A program made the translations under genes and the position numbers. DNA of 52,458 nucleotides from the IMG/VR virus record IMGVR_UViG_3300022689_000070, positions 1 to 52,458 of that record, one strand, 5' to 3'. The notes under the pieces were generated by a model that worked only from the letters and a program-made list of their open reading frames with translations, searched no databases and was not told the DNA's origin. Every line of letters starts with the position of its first letter. The first letter of the stretch is position 1. The stretch comes from a virus. Its lineage: Duplodnaviria > Caudoviricetes. Of this stretch, positions 8,038-16,178 are shown in pieces.

Positions 8038-8408
8038 GTGACAATGTGAAACGAGTAACGGTGGATGTGCTGACCAATGCTACTGGCGATTTCAGTGTTA
8101 ACACCCCAAACATTGGTGGCATCATCACGCAGATAATGTACGAACCTGATGACTCAGCGGGAAATAGACTAGCTTCAGCCGCTGATATTGATATTGTCGG
8201 CAGCGTGACTGGCATCGTATTATTGAATGCGGACAACTTCACTGACGCTGCGAACAATGTGCAATGGGTGCCTGTGCAGGACAGCGTATTAGTGGATGGC
8301 GCAGCTGGGGACAATCAGTATCTGTTCACAATCAACGAGCCGTTAACCATTACCATCGCAGCAGGCGGCAACACCAAATCCGGCAAAATTCATTTGTGGT
8401 ATGTGTAG
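8034..8408 (+). CDS. Hypothetical beta-rich virion accessory protein
   Basis: 124 aa rich in G/T/N/A; coupled to terS. Confidence 0.65.
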   Translation: MSDNVKRVTVDVLTNATGDFSVNTPNIGGIITQIMYEPDDSAGNRLASAADIDIVGSVTGIVLLNADNFTDAANNVQWVPVQDSVLVDGAAGDNQYLFTINEPLTITIAAGGNTKSGKIHLWYV

Positions 8409-9187
8409 TGAACCTTAGAAAAAAATTGATGATGCAAGTCCTAGGGCCTGCTGCTGCAGGAGAAAGCGTATATGGCACGTCGCTTGACGGAACCAATGAC
8501 TATTGGGCATTGACCAACGTTTCTGGGGTGGATGTGAGCGATTTCAGCTTGGTGTATAAGTTCAAGCAGCGAGCTAATTCTGATGGTGGGAGTAATTTTC
8601 GGGTTGAGAATACAAACACGACAGGTTTTTTACAGGACGCATTAAACATTAACACGTTTTCTATTATTGACACCGGTTCTGTTGTGGGAAACGTCAGCAT
8701 CAACACCAATGTATTCAGCGCAGCTGCCGGGCACGGCAATGCTCTTGCTGCTAACACAACTTATTTGGTTTTCTGTTCTCGAGATCAGAACGTAGCCGGA
8801 GGCGCTGTAATTACAGATGAGGACTTCAACGTGGTGGGGTCATTCTCTGCCGCAAGCCAAAACACGAATTTTGTTATAGCCTTAAATGACGGCACTGCCA
8901 CTAATCTATATGTTGGCAGAAATGGTTCTTCTTACTCAGGTATCGACATGCGCTGGCTTTACTGGGTACCCGAGTACATCGACTTTTCAGTGGCAGGAAA
9001 CCGCACGCAGTTCGTTGATAGCGTAATGGATACAGCAACTTCTCTTGGAGACCTATCCAGTATCAGCGCCACGCAACCTTTTCTTCTGCTTAACGGCGAG
9101 AATGATGTTTGGGGCGACAACAGCGTCGGCAGTTATGGCTCTCTTTCCCCTATAAACGGGCCTACCGCCCCATTGGTTCCGATATGA
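8408..9187 (+). CDS. Putative LamG/concanavalin-like beta-sandwich virion protein
   Basis: SLDGTNDY N-terminal motif, beta-rich composition, LYVGRNG; GTG start inferred at 8408. Confidence 0.55.
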   Translation: MNLRKKLMMQVLGPAAAGESVYGTSLDGTNDYWALTNVSGVDVSDFSLVYKFKQRANSDGGSNFRVENTNTTGFLQDALNINTFSIIDTGSVVGNVSINTNVFSAAAGHGNALAANTTYLVFCSRDQNVAGGAVITDEDFNVVGSFSAASQNTNFVIALNDGTATNLYVGRNGSSYSGIDMRWLYWVPEYIDFSVAGNRTQFVDSVMDTATSLGDLSSISATQPFLLLNGENDVWGDNSVGSYGSLSPINGPTAPLVPI

Positions 9188-9498
9188 TAAACGTGCGCTA
9201 CATTACCATTAAGCCCAGCCTGTTAACCGCAGAGCATATAGCGTGGCTTGAGCAGCAAAAGGAAATCTACAGACGTCATCACAAGATAGGCGCTGCCCTT
9301 GATATAGTGCAAAACCAGCTTTTTGATGAAGCCTATATCAAGGTGCCAGAGCAGCAGTACAACGATGAGGTACAAGCAATGGTCGAGGCATTACAGGGCA
9401 CTGTTGTGTTGCGAGTAGATAACAATAATAGCTGGATTAAGCAAAGACAGCTTGAGGCCGACATGGAAGCAAACCCGGAGAAGTATCGTGGCAACTGA
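9184..9498 (+). CDS. Hypothetical protein
   Basis: ATGA overlap with the previous gene. Confidence 0.6.
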   Translation: MINVRYITIKPSLLTAEHIAWLEQQKEIYRRHHKIGAALDIVQNQLFDEAYIKVPEQQYNDEVQAMVEALQGTVVLRVDNNNSWIKQRQLEADMEANPEKYRGN

Positions 9499-9772
9499 TA
9501 TTAAGCAGCAATACATGGAGAGCGCCGGCTGGATGCTCGAGGCACTGAAGATGTCCGGCACCCCGGATGAAATGCAGATCACCCTATCCATGCTTTGCAG
9601 TTACTTCTGTATCAAGATGGAAATACACCCCGACGCACTGCGCGAGGCCCTAACCAAGAACATGAAAGCGATTGCTGAGGACCGTCAGCTGATGCTTAAG
9701 ATGACCGAGTACATAGGGAATATGGAAGTACAAAGGAAAACTGATATAAAATCTCCTATCATCACTAACTAG
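9488..9772 (+). CDS. Hypothetical protein
   Basis: GGAG RBS before GTG 9488. Confidence 0.65.
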   Translation: MATDIKQQYMESAGWMLEALKMSGTPDEMQITLSMLCSYFCIKMEIHPDALREALTKNMKAIAEDRQLMLKMTEYIGNMEVQRKTDIKSPIITN

Positions 9773-9811
9773 CCAATACCGGATTAACTCCACAGCAACA
9801 GGAGAATTAAA

Positions 9812-9862
9812 ATGAGTGTATTTACTTTCTGCATGGCCGTTCAGGCGCTGACTAACTCATAA
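9812..9862 (+). CDS. 16-aa leader-type peptide MSVFTFCMAVQALTNS
   Basis: Strong AGGAG RBS; lies just upstream of a terminator preceding terL. Confidence 0.45.
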   Translation: MSVFTFCMAVQALTNS

Positions 9863-9887
9863 TCATGATCCTCTGTTCTACTCTTTC

Positions 9888-9915
9888 GGGGCCATCCGCT
9901 GGCCCCTATTTTTTT
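9888..9915 (+). terminator. Rho-independent terminator immediately before terL
   Basis: GGGGCCA-TCCGC-TGGCCCC followed by TATTTTTTT. Confidence 0.7.
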
Positions 9916-9919
9916 CTGA

Positions 9920-11512
9920 ATGAGCGCTGTTGAAGAGTTTCTGAGACACCTTGGAGAGCTGCCTGCCTCCGAGGTTCTGCCGCTTAAAGAAGACGTACTG
10001 AAGCGAACCAGCGATATGCTGTGGGTGCCCAACCCGGGTCCGCAGCTGCGAGCCTATGAGTCCAAGGCCGACGAGCTTTTTTATGGTGGCTCTGCGGGGG
10101 GAGGGAAATCTGATTTACTATGTGGGCTTGCTATCAACGAGCATAAGCGCTCCCTGATATTGAGGAGATTTAACGATGATGCGAAAGACTTGGCCTCCAG
10201 AGGTCTTGAGATCCTCGGCACCCGCGACGGGTACAACGGCACAGACAACGTCTGGAAGAGTGGTGAACAGAACATCAAGTGGGCAGGGTGTAAGGATGAA
10301 AAAGACAAAGAGCGGTACAAAGGACGACCGCATGACTTTAAAGCCTTCGACGAAATTGGCGACTTCTTGGAATCTCAGTACCGATTCATTATCACATGGC
10401 TTAGATCAGAAGACCCTCACCAGCGTTGCCGAGTGGTATGCGCAGGAAACCCACCTACTAATCCAGAGGGCCTGTGGGTTATTGAATACTGGGGAGCGTG
10501 GCTTGATCCTAATCATCCCAATCCTGCTGAGGAAGGAGAGCTGCGTTGGTACACAACTCATCCCGTCACTGGCAAGGACGTGGAGGTTGACGGACGAGGA
10601 CCGCATATCATCGAGGGACAGGAATGCCTTGCTCGAAGCCGCACGTTCATTCGAGCAAGACTCGAAGACAATCCAGACCTTGCCGCAGGAGACTACAAAT
10701 CTACACTGGACTCTCTGCCTATTGAAATCAGACGGGCCTATCGCGATGGAGACTTTGGCGCCGCGGTATCCGATAAGGACTTCCAAGTTATCCCAACCTC
10801 ATGGATTGTAGCGGCACAGGACAGATGGAATGAACGACCACCTTACCAAGTACCTATGTGCGCGATCGGCGCTGACCCGGCTGGTGGAGGCGGCGACGAT
10901 AACGTCCTCGCCCCGCGTTATGATGGATGGTTTCAACATCCCATTGTCATCCCCGGTGCAGAGCGACCTCTTGGAACAGACATCTCTGGAGACATCGTCA
11001 AGGTACGACTCGACAATGCCGTCGTCATACTTGACTGTGGCGGCGGATACGGCGGCTCTACATACAAGACGCTTAAAGAAAACGACATAGAAACGGTCGC
11101 GTTTAAAGGCTCAGAGAAAACAATCGAACGTACCGTTGAAGGGCAGCTGAAGTTTTACAACAAACGCGCACTGCAATACTGGCGTTTTCGTGAAGCACTG
11201 GACCCGGATCAGCCATGGGGTAGTCCGATTATGCTGCCACCAGACCCCGAGATCCGTGCGGACCTTGCCGCTCCAACATTTAAGATCACACCGCAAGGCA
11301 TATTGATTGAACCGAAAGCGGACATCATTAAGCGTATTGGACGTAGCCCGGGCAAAGGTGATGCGATTACAATGGCATGGAGTGGTGGCCAGAGGCAGAT
11401 AGCATACCGCTATCAAGCTGGCAGCAGGTCCGAGCAAGGACTGGGTGTAAGGTCAGGCAAACAAACAACGGCGAACATGGGTGGACGACACGCCGGTAGG
11501 AGAAGAAGATGA
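9920..11512 (+). CDS. terL: Terminase large subunit
   Basis: PNPGPQ, Walker A YGGSAGGGKS, Walker B AFDEI, GNP coupling motif, RNase H-like GADPAGGGGD and C-terminal RSPGKGDA. Confidence 0.95.
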   Translation: MSAVEEFLRHLGELPASEVLPLKEDVLKRTSDMLWVPNPGPQLRAYESKADELFYGGSAGGGKSDLLCGLAINEHKRSLILRRFNDDAKDLASRGLEILGTRDGYNGTDNVWKSGEQNIKWAGCKDEKDKERYKGRPHDFKAFDEIGDFLESQYRFIITWLRSEDPHQRCRVVCAGNPPTNPEGLWVIEYWGAWLDPNHPNPAEEGELRWYTTHPVTGKDVEVDGRGPHIIEGQECLARSRTFIRARLEDNPDLAAGDYKSTLDSLPIEIRRAYRDGDFGAAVSDKDFQVIPTSWIVAAQDRWNERPPYQVPMCAIGADPAGGGGDDNVLAPRYDGWFQHPIVIPGAERPLGTDISGDIVKVRLDNAVVILDCGGGYGGSTYKTLKENDIETVAFKGSEKTIERTVEGQLKFYNKRALQYWRFREALDPDQPWGSPIMLPPDPEIRADLAAPTFKITPQGILIEPKADIIKRIGRSPGKGDAITMAWSGGQRQIAYRYQAGSRSEQGLGVRSGKQTTANMGGRHAGRRRR

Positions 11513-11925
11513 AACTGTTTATAACTTACCTCATGGCAATATTATTTCCACGCGACCCCTTTGCCTTTGAAGGTATCGACATTCCCGTTGAGAAGAAACA
11601 AAAAGAAGACGGACCTGTCATCGCCACAGTGATGTTAAAAAGCATATTCAAGGCTGTCACCAATGTAGTTAAATCCATATTCTCGCCACCCAAGGCTGAG
11701 AAGGCGCCACCACCACCACCTCTACCAAAGAAAGAGGATCTTGCATCGCAGAAATCAGGTAACACCATGCCAGTGCCAGATGATAAAGCATTAGCGGAGA
11801 GTCAGCGCAAAGCCTATCTTACTAAGTACGGTGGCCGGGGCAGGAAAGGATCTATATTAACCGCTGACAACAAGGACAGGTTCAAAGAAGACAACGTCGA
11901 ATTTAATCAGTCCTCATACAGGTAA
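11509..11925 (+). CDS. Small Pro/Lys-rich protein preceding the portal
   Basis: PPPPP tract and GRKGSILT motif typical of the pre-portal gene in podoviruses; the true start may be internal (about 11629). Confidence 0.65.
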   Translation: MKLFITYLMAILFPRDPFAFEGIDIPVEKKQKEDGPVIATVMLKSIFKAVTNVVKSIFSPPKAEKAPPPPPLPKKEDLASQKSGNTMPVPDDKALAESQRKAYLTKYGGRGRKGSILTADNKDRFKEDNVEFNQSSYR

Positions 11926-11931
11926 GCCATC

Positions 11932-12258
11932 ATGACGACAATAACGAACAGACCCAACGTGCAAGCAAAGAGTCCATTCGGTGCAGGCACTGGCGCACCC
12001 GGAACAACAAAAGAAGTACGGCGAGCGGCGCCATCGAGCAGCACAACTAAGCCAAACCGTAACAAGCCAAAAGCTAAGCCTAAGCCTAAGTCAGTCGCGG
12101 CCAAGACCAAGGATGCCACTGAAGGCGTTAAGGACAAGGGCGGCTCCATCGGCGCGAAGAAAAAAGAAAAACGCACTGCAGCGGGTGGCCGTAAAGTCAT
12201 GACCCAAAGAGATGCCTTCAAAGAAGATGGCTCAACAGTAGCATCTGAATACCGGTAA
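11932..12258 (+). CDS. Basic low-complexity protein sharing a C-terminal motif with the previous gene
   Basis: K/P-rich; ends DAFKED..SEYR. Confidence 0.6.
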   Translation: MTTITNRPNVQAKSPFGAGTGAPGTTKEVRRAAPSSSTTKPNRNKPKAKPKPKSVAAKTKDATEGVKDKGGSIGAKKKEKRTAAGGRKVMTQRDAFKEDGSTVASEYR

Positions 12259-12267
12259 AGAACGCAC

Positions 12268-13911
12268 ATGTCATACAAAAATCCATCGGTTAAGTTTCTT
12301 GTTGATCTCGCAGAGAAGACGTTCACCCGCAAGAAAACATTGAACCAGCTGCATCAGGAGATAGCAGAAAACTTCTACCCTGAGCGTGCTGACTTCACTT
12401 ACAACCGCCACCTCGGTGATGAGTTTGCCGATCATCTTTACGACTCATACCCGGTGCTGGTCCGTCGCGACCTTGGTAATCAGTTGTCTGCGATGCTGCG
12501 TCCTACTGAGAAAGAATGGCACATCATGCAGACCACTAACTACGACAAGGTGGACCACGCTGGCAAGTCATGGCTTGAGTGGGCGAACAAGCGCCAGAAC
12601 TTCTTCATGTACGAACGCTCATCGAACTTCGTGCGTGCTACCAAGGAAGGCGATCATGATTTTGCTACCTTCGGCCAGACTGTTATTGAGCCTGACATCA
12701 ACAAGAACAGGACCGGTTTAACCTATCGCTGTCATCACCTGCGTGACATGGCGTGGGTTGAGGATGAGTTCGGACAGATCATCTACGTGTTCCGCAAGTG
12801 GAAGCCGATGGCTCATGATCTTGGTCGCATCTTCGGTGAAGACAAATGCCACGAGACGGTTAAGAGGGCGGTTAAGAAAGACCCGCTGAAAGAAATTAAC
12901 TGCATGCACATCATGGCCCCGGGTGATCGGTACGAGGGAGAAGGTTATAGGAATCAGTTCGACTGGGTGTCGCTGTACGTTGATATTGAAAACGAACACC
13001 AGCTGGAGGTGATGCCTTCACGTCGCCGTCGCTATGTTATTCCACGCTGGCAGACAGTGTCCGGTTCACAGTATGCGTACTCACCGGCCACCATCACCGC
13101 GCTGCCTGACGCAAGAATGATACAAGCAATGACATTGGTCCTACTCGAGGCTGGGGAGAAGTTTGTTAATCCACCACTAGTAGCTACACAGGAAGCTGTG
13201 CGCTCCGATGCCGCACTGTATGCTGGTGGTATCACATGGGTGGATAAGGATTACGATGAACGGCTGGGTGATGCACTGCGTCCTTTGACCACTGATAAGA
13301 ACGGCTTGCCTATCGGTTTCCAGATGTCAGACATGACCAAGCAGCAGATACGCGAGTGTTTCTATCTCAATCAGATTCGCATGCCTATGCTGGACAAAGA
13401 GGCTACTGCGTATGAGGTTGGCCAGATCGTGCAGGAATACATTCGTAATGCGCTGCCACTGTTCGAGCCTATGGAGGTGAACTACAACGGCGAGTTGTGC
13501 GAAGAGACCTTCGACCTGCTCTTCTGGAACGGCGCCTTCGGCGGCATCAACGAAATACCTGAGAGCTTGCGGGGTAAAGATATTGAGTTTAAGTTTATGT
13601 CTCCATTACACGATGCTGAAGGCCAAGGTGAAGCGCAGCGCATACTCGAAGTTCAACAGATACTGGGCAGCACGATGGAGTTTGATCCTACTGTGAACGT
13701 CCACGTTGATTTCCATCAGGCATTCCGTGGCGCGATAGATCGCATGAACGTGCCGAAGGAATGGATTGTTGATGAAAAGGTTGCTATGCAACGACTCGCT
13801 GCTATCCAGCAACAGCAGGAAGCCGCCGCTGAAGCTGAAGCCATGCAACAGGCGGCTGAGACTGCCAAGACCGGAAGCGAAGCAGAGAAGAACCTGAGCG
13901 ATGCAGAGTAG
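12268..13911 (+). CDS. Portal (head-to-tail connector) protein
   Basis: 547 aa, PRWQTVSGSQYAYSPA..ALPD and ATAYEV motifs of T7 gp8/BPP-1-like connectors. Confidence 0.92.
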   Translation: MSYKNPSVKFLVDLAEKTFTRKKTLNQLHQEIAENFYPERADFTYNRHLGDEFADHLYDSYPVLVRRDLGNQLSAMLRPTEKEWHIMQTTNYDKVDHAGKSWLEWANKRQNFFMYERSSNFVRATKEGDHDFATFGQTVIEPDINKNRTGLTYRCHHLRDMAWVEDEFGQIIYVFRKWKPMAHDLGRIFGEDKCHETVKRAVKKDPLKEINCMHIMAPGDRYEGEGYRNQFDWVSLYVDIENEHQLEVMPSRRRRYVIPRWQTVSGSQYAYSPATITALPDARMIQAMTLVLLEAGEKFVNPPLVATQEAVRSDAALYAGGITWVDKDYDERLGDALRPLTTDKNGLPIGFQMSDMTKQQIRECFYLNQIRMPMLDKEATAYEVGQIVQEYIRNALPLFEPMEVNYNGELCEETFDLLFWNGAFGGINEIPESLRGKDIEFKFMSPLHDAEGQGEAQRILEVQQILGSTMEFDPTVNVHVDFHQAFRGAIDRMNVPKEWIVDEKVAMQRLAAIQQQQEAAAEAEAMQQAAETAKTGSEAEKNLSDAE

Positions 13912-14200
13912 AAAACAATTACCATGGGAACCGGCTGAGTACGATTCCGCAATAGTCACTGCCGTGCAACACCTTGTTGCCGGTACCTGCGAGCCACAAC
14001 TCCAACAGAAATTCATCGACTGGCTTATCCATGAGTGCTGCGACACTTACGGCATGTCATTCCGACCCGACGATAAGGGAGGTCATGACGCCATGGTGTT
14101 CGCTGAAGCCAAGCGCTACGTGGGCAATCAAGTGGTGAAAATGCTCCAACTAAAACCTGCTGTCGTAGCAGGCGACGACGACCCAAAAGAACAAGGCTAA
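13901..14200 (+). CDS. Bbp19-like small protein downstream of the portal
   Basis: FAEAKRYVG motif and synteny. Confidence 0.7.
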   Translation: MQSRKQLPWEPAEYDSAIVTAVQHLVAGTCEPQLQQKFIDWLIHECCDTYGMSFRPDDKGGHDAMVFAEAKRYVGNQVVKMLQLKPAVVAGDDDPKEQG

Positions 14201-14310
14201 TGGAACAGCAAGTCTCAATCGAAACGATAATGCGTGCCAGAGCTATGTTGGATAATGACGAGATAGAAAAAGATTGGCCTTCATACATCATCGACCAGTA
14301 TGGTGAATGA
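14200..14310 (+). CDS. Small hypothetical protein (36 aa)
   Basis: TAATG coupling; MEQQVSIETIMRARAMLDNDEIEKDWPSYIIDQYGE. Confidence 0.45.
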   Translation: MEQQVSIETIMRARAMLDNDEIEKDWPSYIIDQYGE

Positions 14311-14373
14311 CAGTTTCTTGAACACTGGTGTTTCTTTCAGACATATAACGGAGCCTAAATGGAGGTGATTATC

Positions 14374-14424
14374 ATGGCTGGGTGTAAAGGTAAGAAGAAA
14401 GGCGGCGGCGGTCGCAAGAAGTAA
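14374..14424 (+). CDS. 16-aa basic peptide MAGCKGKKKGGGGRKK
   Basis: Near-perfect SD GGAGGTGA 5 nt before the ATG. Confidence 0.65.
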   Translation: MAGCKGKKKGGGGRKK

Positions 14425-14464
14425 TAGTTGCGGACTATCCGGGGGTTTATTATCTTAAGCCCCC

Positions 14465-14950
14465 ATGGATATAGAAGTTGTTTACGACGTACCACCCATC
14501 TTCGACGAAATAGTCAAAGTATTCCCCGGCGCAAGGAACGAGCGCGTCGTCTTCTCTTGGGGTAGCAGAGTCTACATCAACAGCAAAGAAAGAGAGCCTG
14601 TCCCCAAACCCATCATCGCTCACGAATCAATTCACGGTAGCAGACAAACCATCATCACCCGGTCCAAGCTGCGCGAGAAAGGTGTTAACGATTTCACTGC
14701 AGAGCATGCCGAAGAGTGGGAATGGGAAGTGCTGGCGTGGTGGCGTCGATACATGAGAGATGAGAAGTTCCGTTATGATGAAGAGCTGCTCGCGCATCAG
14801 GAGGAATACCGGGTCGCATGCGCTGAAGCAATATCACGCAGGCAGCGACAGTTCGCACTGAAAACAATTGCAAAGAAACTGGCCTCGCCGCTGTATGGGA
14901 GCATGGTGTCCCCGGCTAAAGCCAAAACATTACTTAAACAAGCAGCGTAG
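14465..14950 (+). CDS. HExxH zinc metallopeptidase-like protein
   Basis: IIAHESIHGSRQ and downstream YDEELLAH; start codon abuts hairpin 14441-14464. Confidence 0.6.
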   Translation: MDIEVVYDVPPIFDEIVKVFPGARNERVVFSWGSRVYINSKEREPVPKPIIAHESIHGSRQTIITRSKLREKGVNDFTAEHAEEWEWEVLAWWRRYMRDEKFRYDEELLAHQEEYRVACAEAISRRQRQFALKTIAKKLASPLYGSMVSPAKAKTLLKQAA

Positions 14951-14958
14951 GAGTTCAC

Positions 14959-15921
14959 ATGACTTTTGAAATACTGAAATACAAATATCTCGAAGAAGCA
15001 GGTGATGACGGCGGTCAGCCTGATAATTCTAACGGCGGTGAACCTGATGGTGGCGGCAGTCCTTCGGAAGGTAGTGATGGCGGCCAGCAGCCTAGCTGGC
15101 CAGACGACTGGAGAAACCAGTTCGCCGGAGAGTTAAGCCCTGAAGCTACGCCCGAGGAAAAAGAAGCCCACGAGAAAGCGCTCAAACAATTAACCCGGTT
15201 CAGCTCTCCCAGTGACGTGTATAAATCATTCAGGGAGGCACAGCAGAAGATTTCCGCCAACACCAAGGTGGACCTGCCTGAGAACCCATCGGAAGAAGAG
15301 ATTACTGCGTACCGGGAAGCAAACGGCATCCCTGCTGAGCCTGATGGTTACTATGAAACCTTTGGTGACCTGCAGGTGGGCGAAGAAGATAAGCCTTTCC
15401 TCGATGAGTTTATCAAGAGCGTGGCACACCCCAACAACTGGAAGCCTGAAGATGTGAAGGCGGCGTACGAGTTCGATCGCCAAAGCAAAGAAGCCCAGAT
15501 GGCCCAATATGAACAACAGAACGACGACGCTTACAAGGAAACCGAAGCCCATCTAAAAGAAAAGTGGGGTAATGAATACGATGGCAATGTCACTATGGTG
15601 AATAACTTGATAAGCCTGATGGGCGAAGAGGCTGCTGAGATATTCCACAATGTCAGGACCAGTGAAGGCATCGGCTTGCTGAATCACCCCTCAGTGGCCG
15701 AGGCTGTGCTCAGTATTGCCAAGGAAGTGAACCCTATACCCAGCTCGGTCGGTGGATCTGGAGCCAACGAGCAATCCATAGGCGATGAGCTGCGTGACAT
15801 CGAGAAGGTAATGACCAACAACCGGTCCGCCTACAACAAAGACAATGCTATGCAGGAGCGCTACCGAGACCTGCTGGTCGGCTATAAGAAGGTGACCGGT
15901 AAGGATTGGGGTAGGGGGTAG
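14959..15921 (+). CDS. Capsid scaffolding/assembly protein
   Basis: Acidic Gly-rich N-terminus, WPDDWR, GIPAEPDGY and LKEKWG motifs; directly upstream of the capsid gene. Confidence 0.85.
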   Translation: MTFEILKYKYLEEAGDDGGQPDNSNGGEPDGGGSPSEGSDGGQQPSWPDDWRNQFAGELSPEATPEEKEAHEKALKQLTRFSSPSDVYKSFREAQQKISANTKVDLPENPSEEEITAYREANGIPAEPDGYYETFGDLQVGEEDKPFLDEFIKSVAHPNNWKPEDVKAAYEFDRQSKEAQMAQYEQQNDDAYKETEAHLKEKWGNEYDGNVTMVNNLISLMGEEAAEIFHNVRTSEGIGLLNHPSVAEAVLSIAKEVNPIPSSVGGSGANEQSIGDELRDIEKVMTNNRSAYNKDNAMQERYRDLLVGYKKVTGKDWGRG

Positions 15922-15951
15922 TTGCTTTTTTCTAAAATCTAGTTCTATAAT
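15922..15951 (+). promoter_or_regulatory. Sigma70-like promoter for the capsid gene
   Basis: TTGCTT, 18 bp spacer, TATAAT. Confidence 0.55.
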
Positions 15952-15953
15952 CG

Positions 15954-15984
15954 AGGTGTGGCAATAATGCTGCACCTTTTTTTT
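15954..15984 (+). terminator. Rho-independent terminator after the scaffold gene
   Basis: AGGTGTGGCA-ATAA-TGCTGCACCT followed by a T tract. Confidence 0.75.
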
Positions 15985-16137
15985 GACGGTCAACTCTTAC
16001 ATTAAGACCCCGTCGTTTACTTTTAACAATTTAAACGGCCCCTTGTAAGTGTTGCACCGGCCCTCCTAGAGACAACCCGCGAAGCAGCACAATCAGAAAG
16101 GACAACCCGTGTGACTATATAAACCTTATGGAGGGTT
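15985..16137 (+). promoter_or_regulatory. Structured 5' leader of the capsid mRNA with three CC//WCAAC internal loops and an SD-sequestering hairpin
   Basis: Stems read directly from the sequence (see findings). Confidence 0.65.
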
Positions 16138-16142
16138 AAACA

Positions 16143-16178
16143 ATGTCACCAGATGCTGCACAAATTCAATACCGGCAG
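16143..16178 (+). CDS. Major capsid protein, exon 1 (MSPDAAQIQYRQ)
   Basis: GGAGG RBS; joined to exon 2 it gives QYRQEFIAGFEQ, the N-terminus I recall for this capsid family. Confidence 0.8.

Noticed and set aside
14200-14358. Possible TGA read-through or Sec recoding (the frame stays open 15 codons past TGA 14308), tempting given the 8/5 tRNA-like RNA
   Set aside because: No SECIS-like hairpin was evident, the tRNA-like RNA has no UCA anticodon loop, and TGA is used as a normal stop elsewhere in the genome
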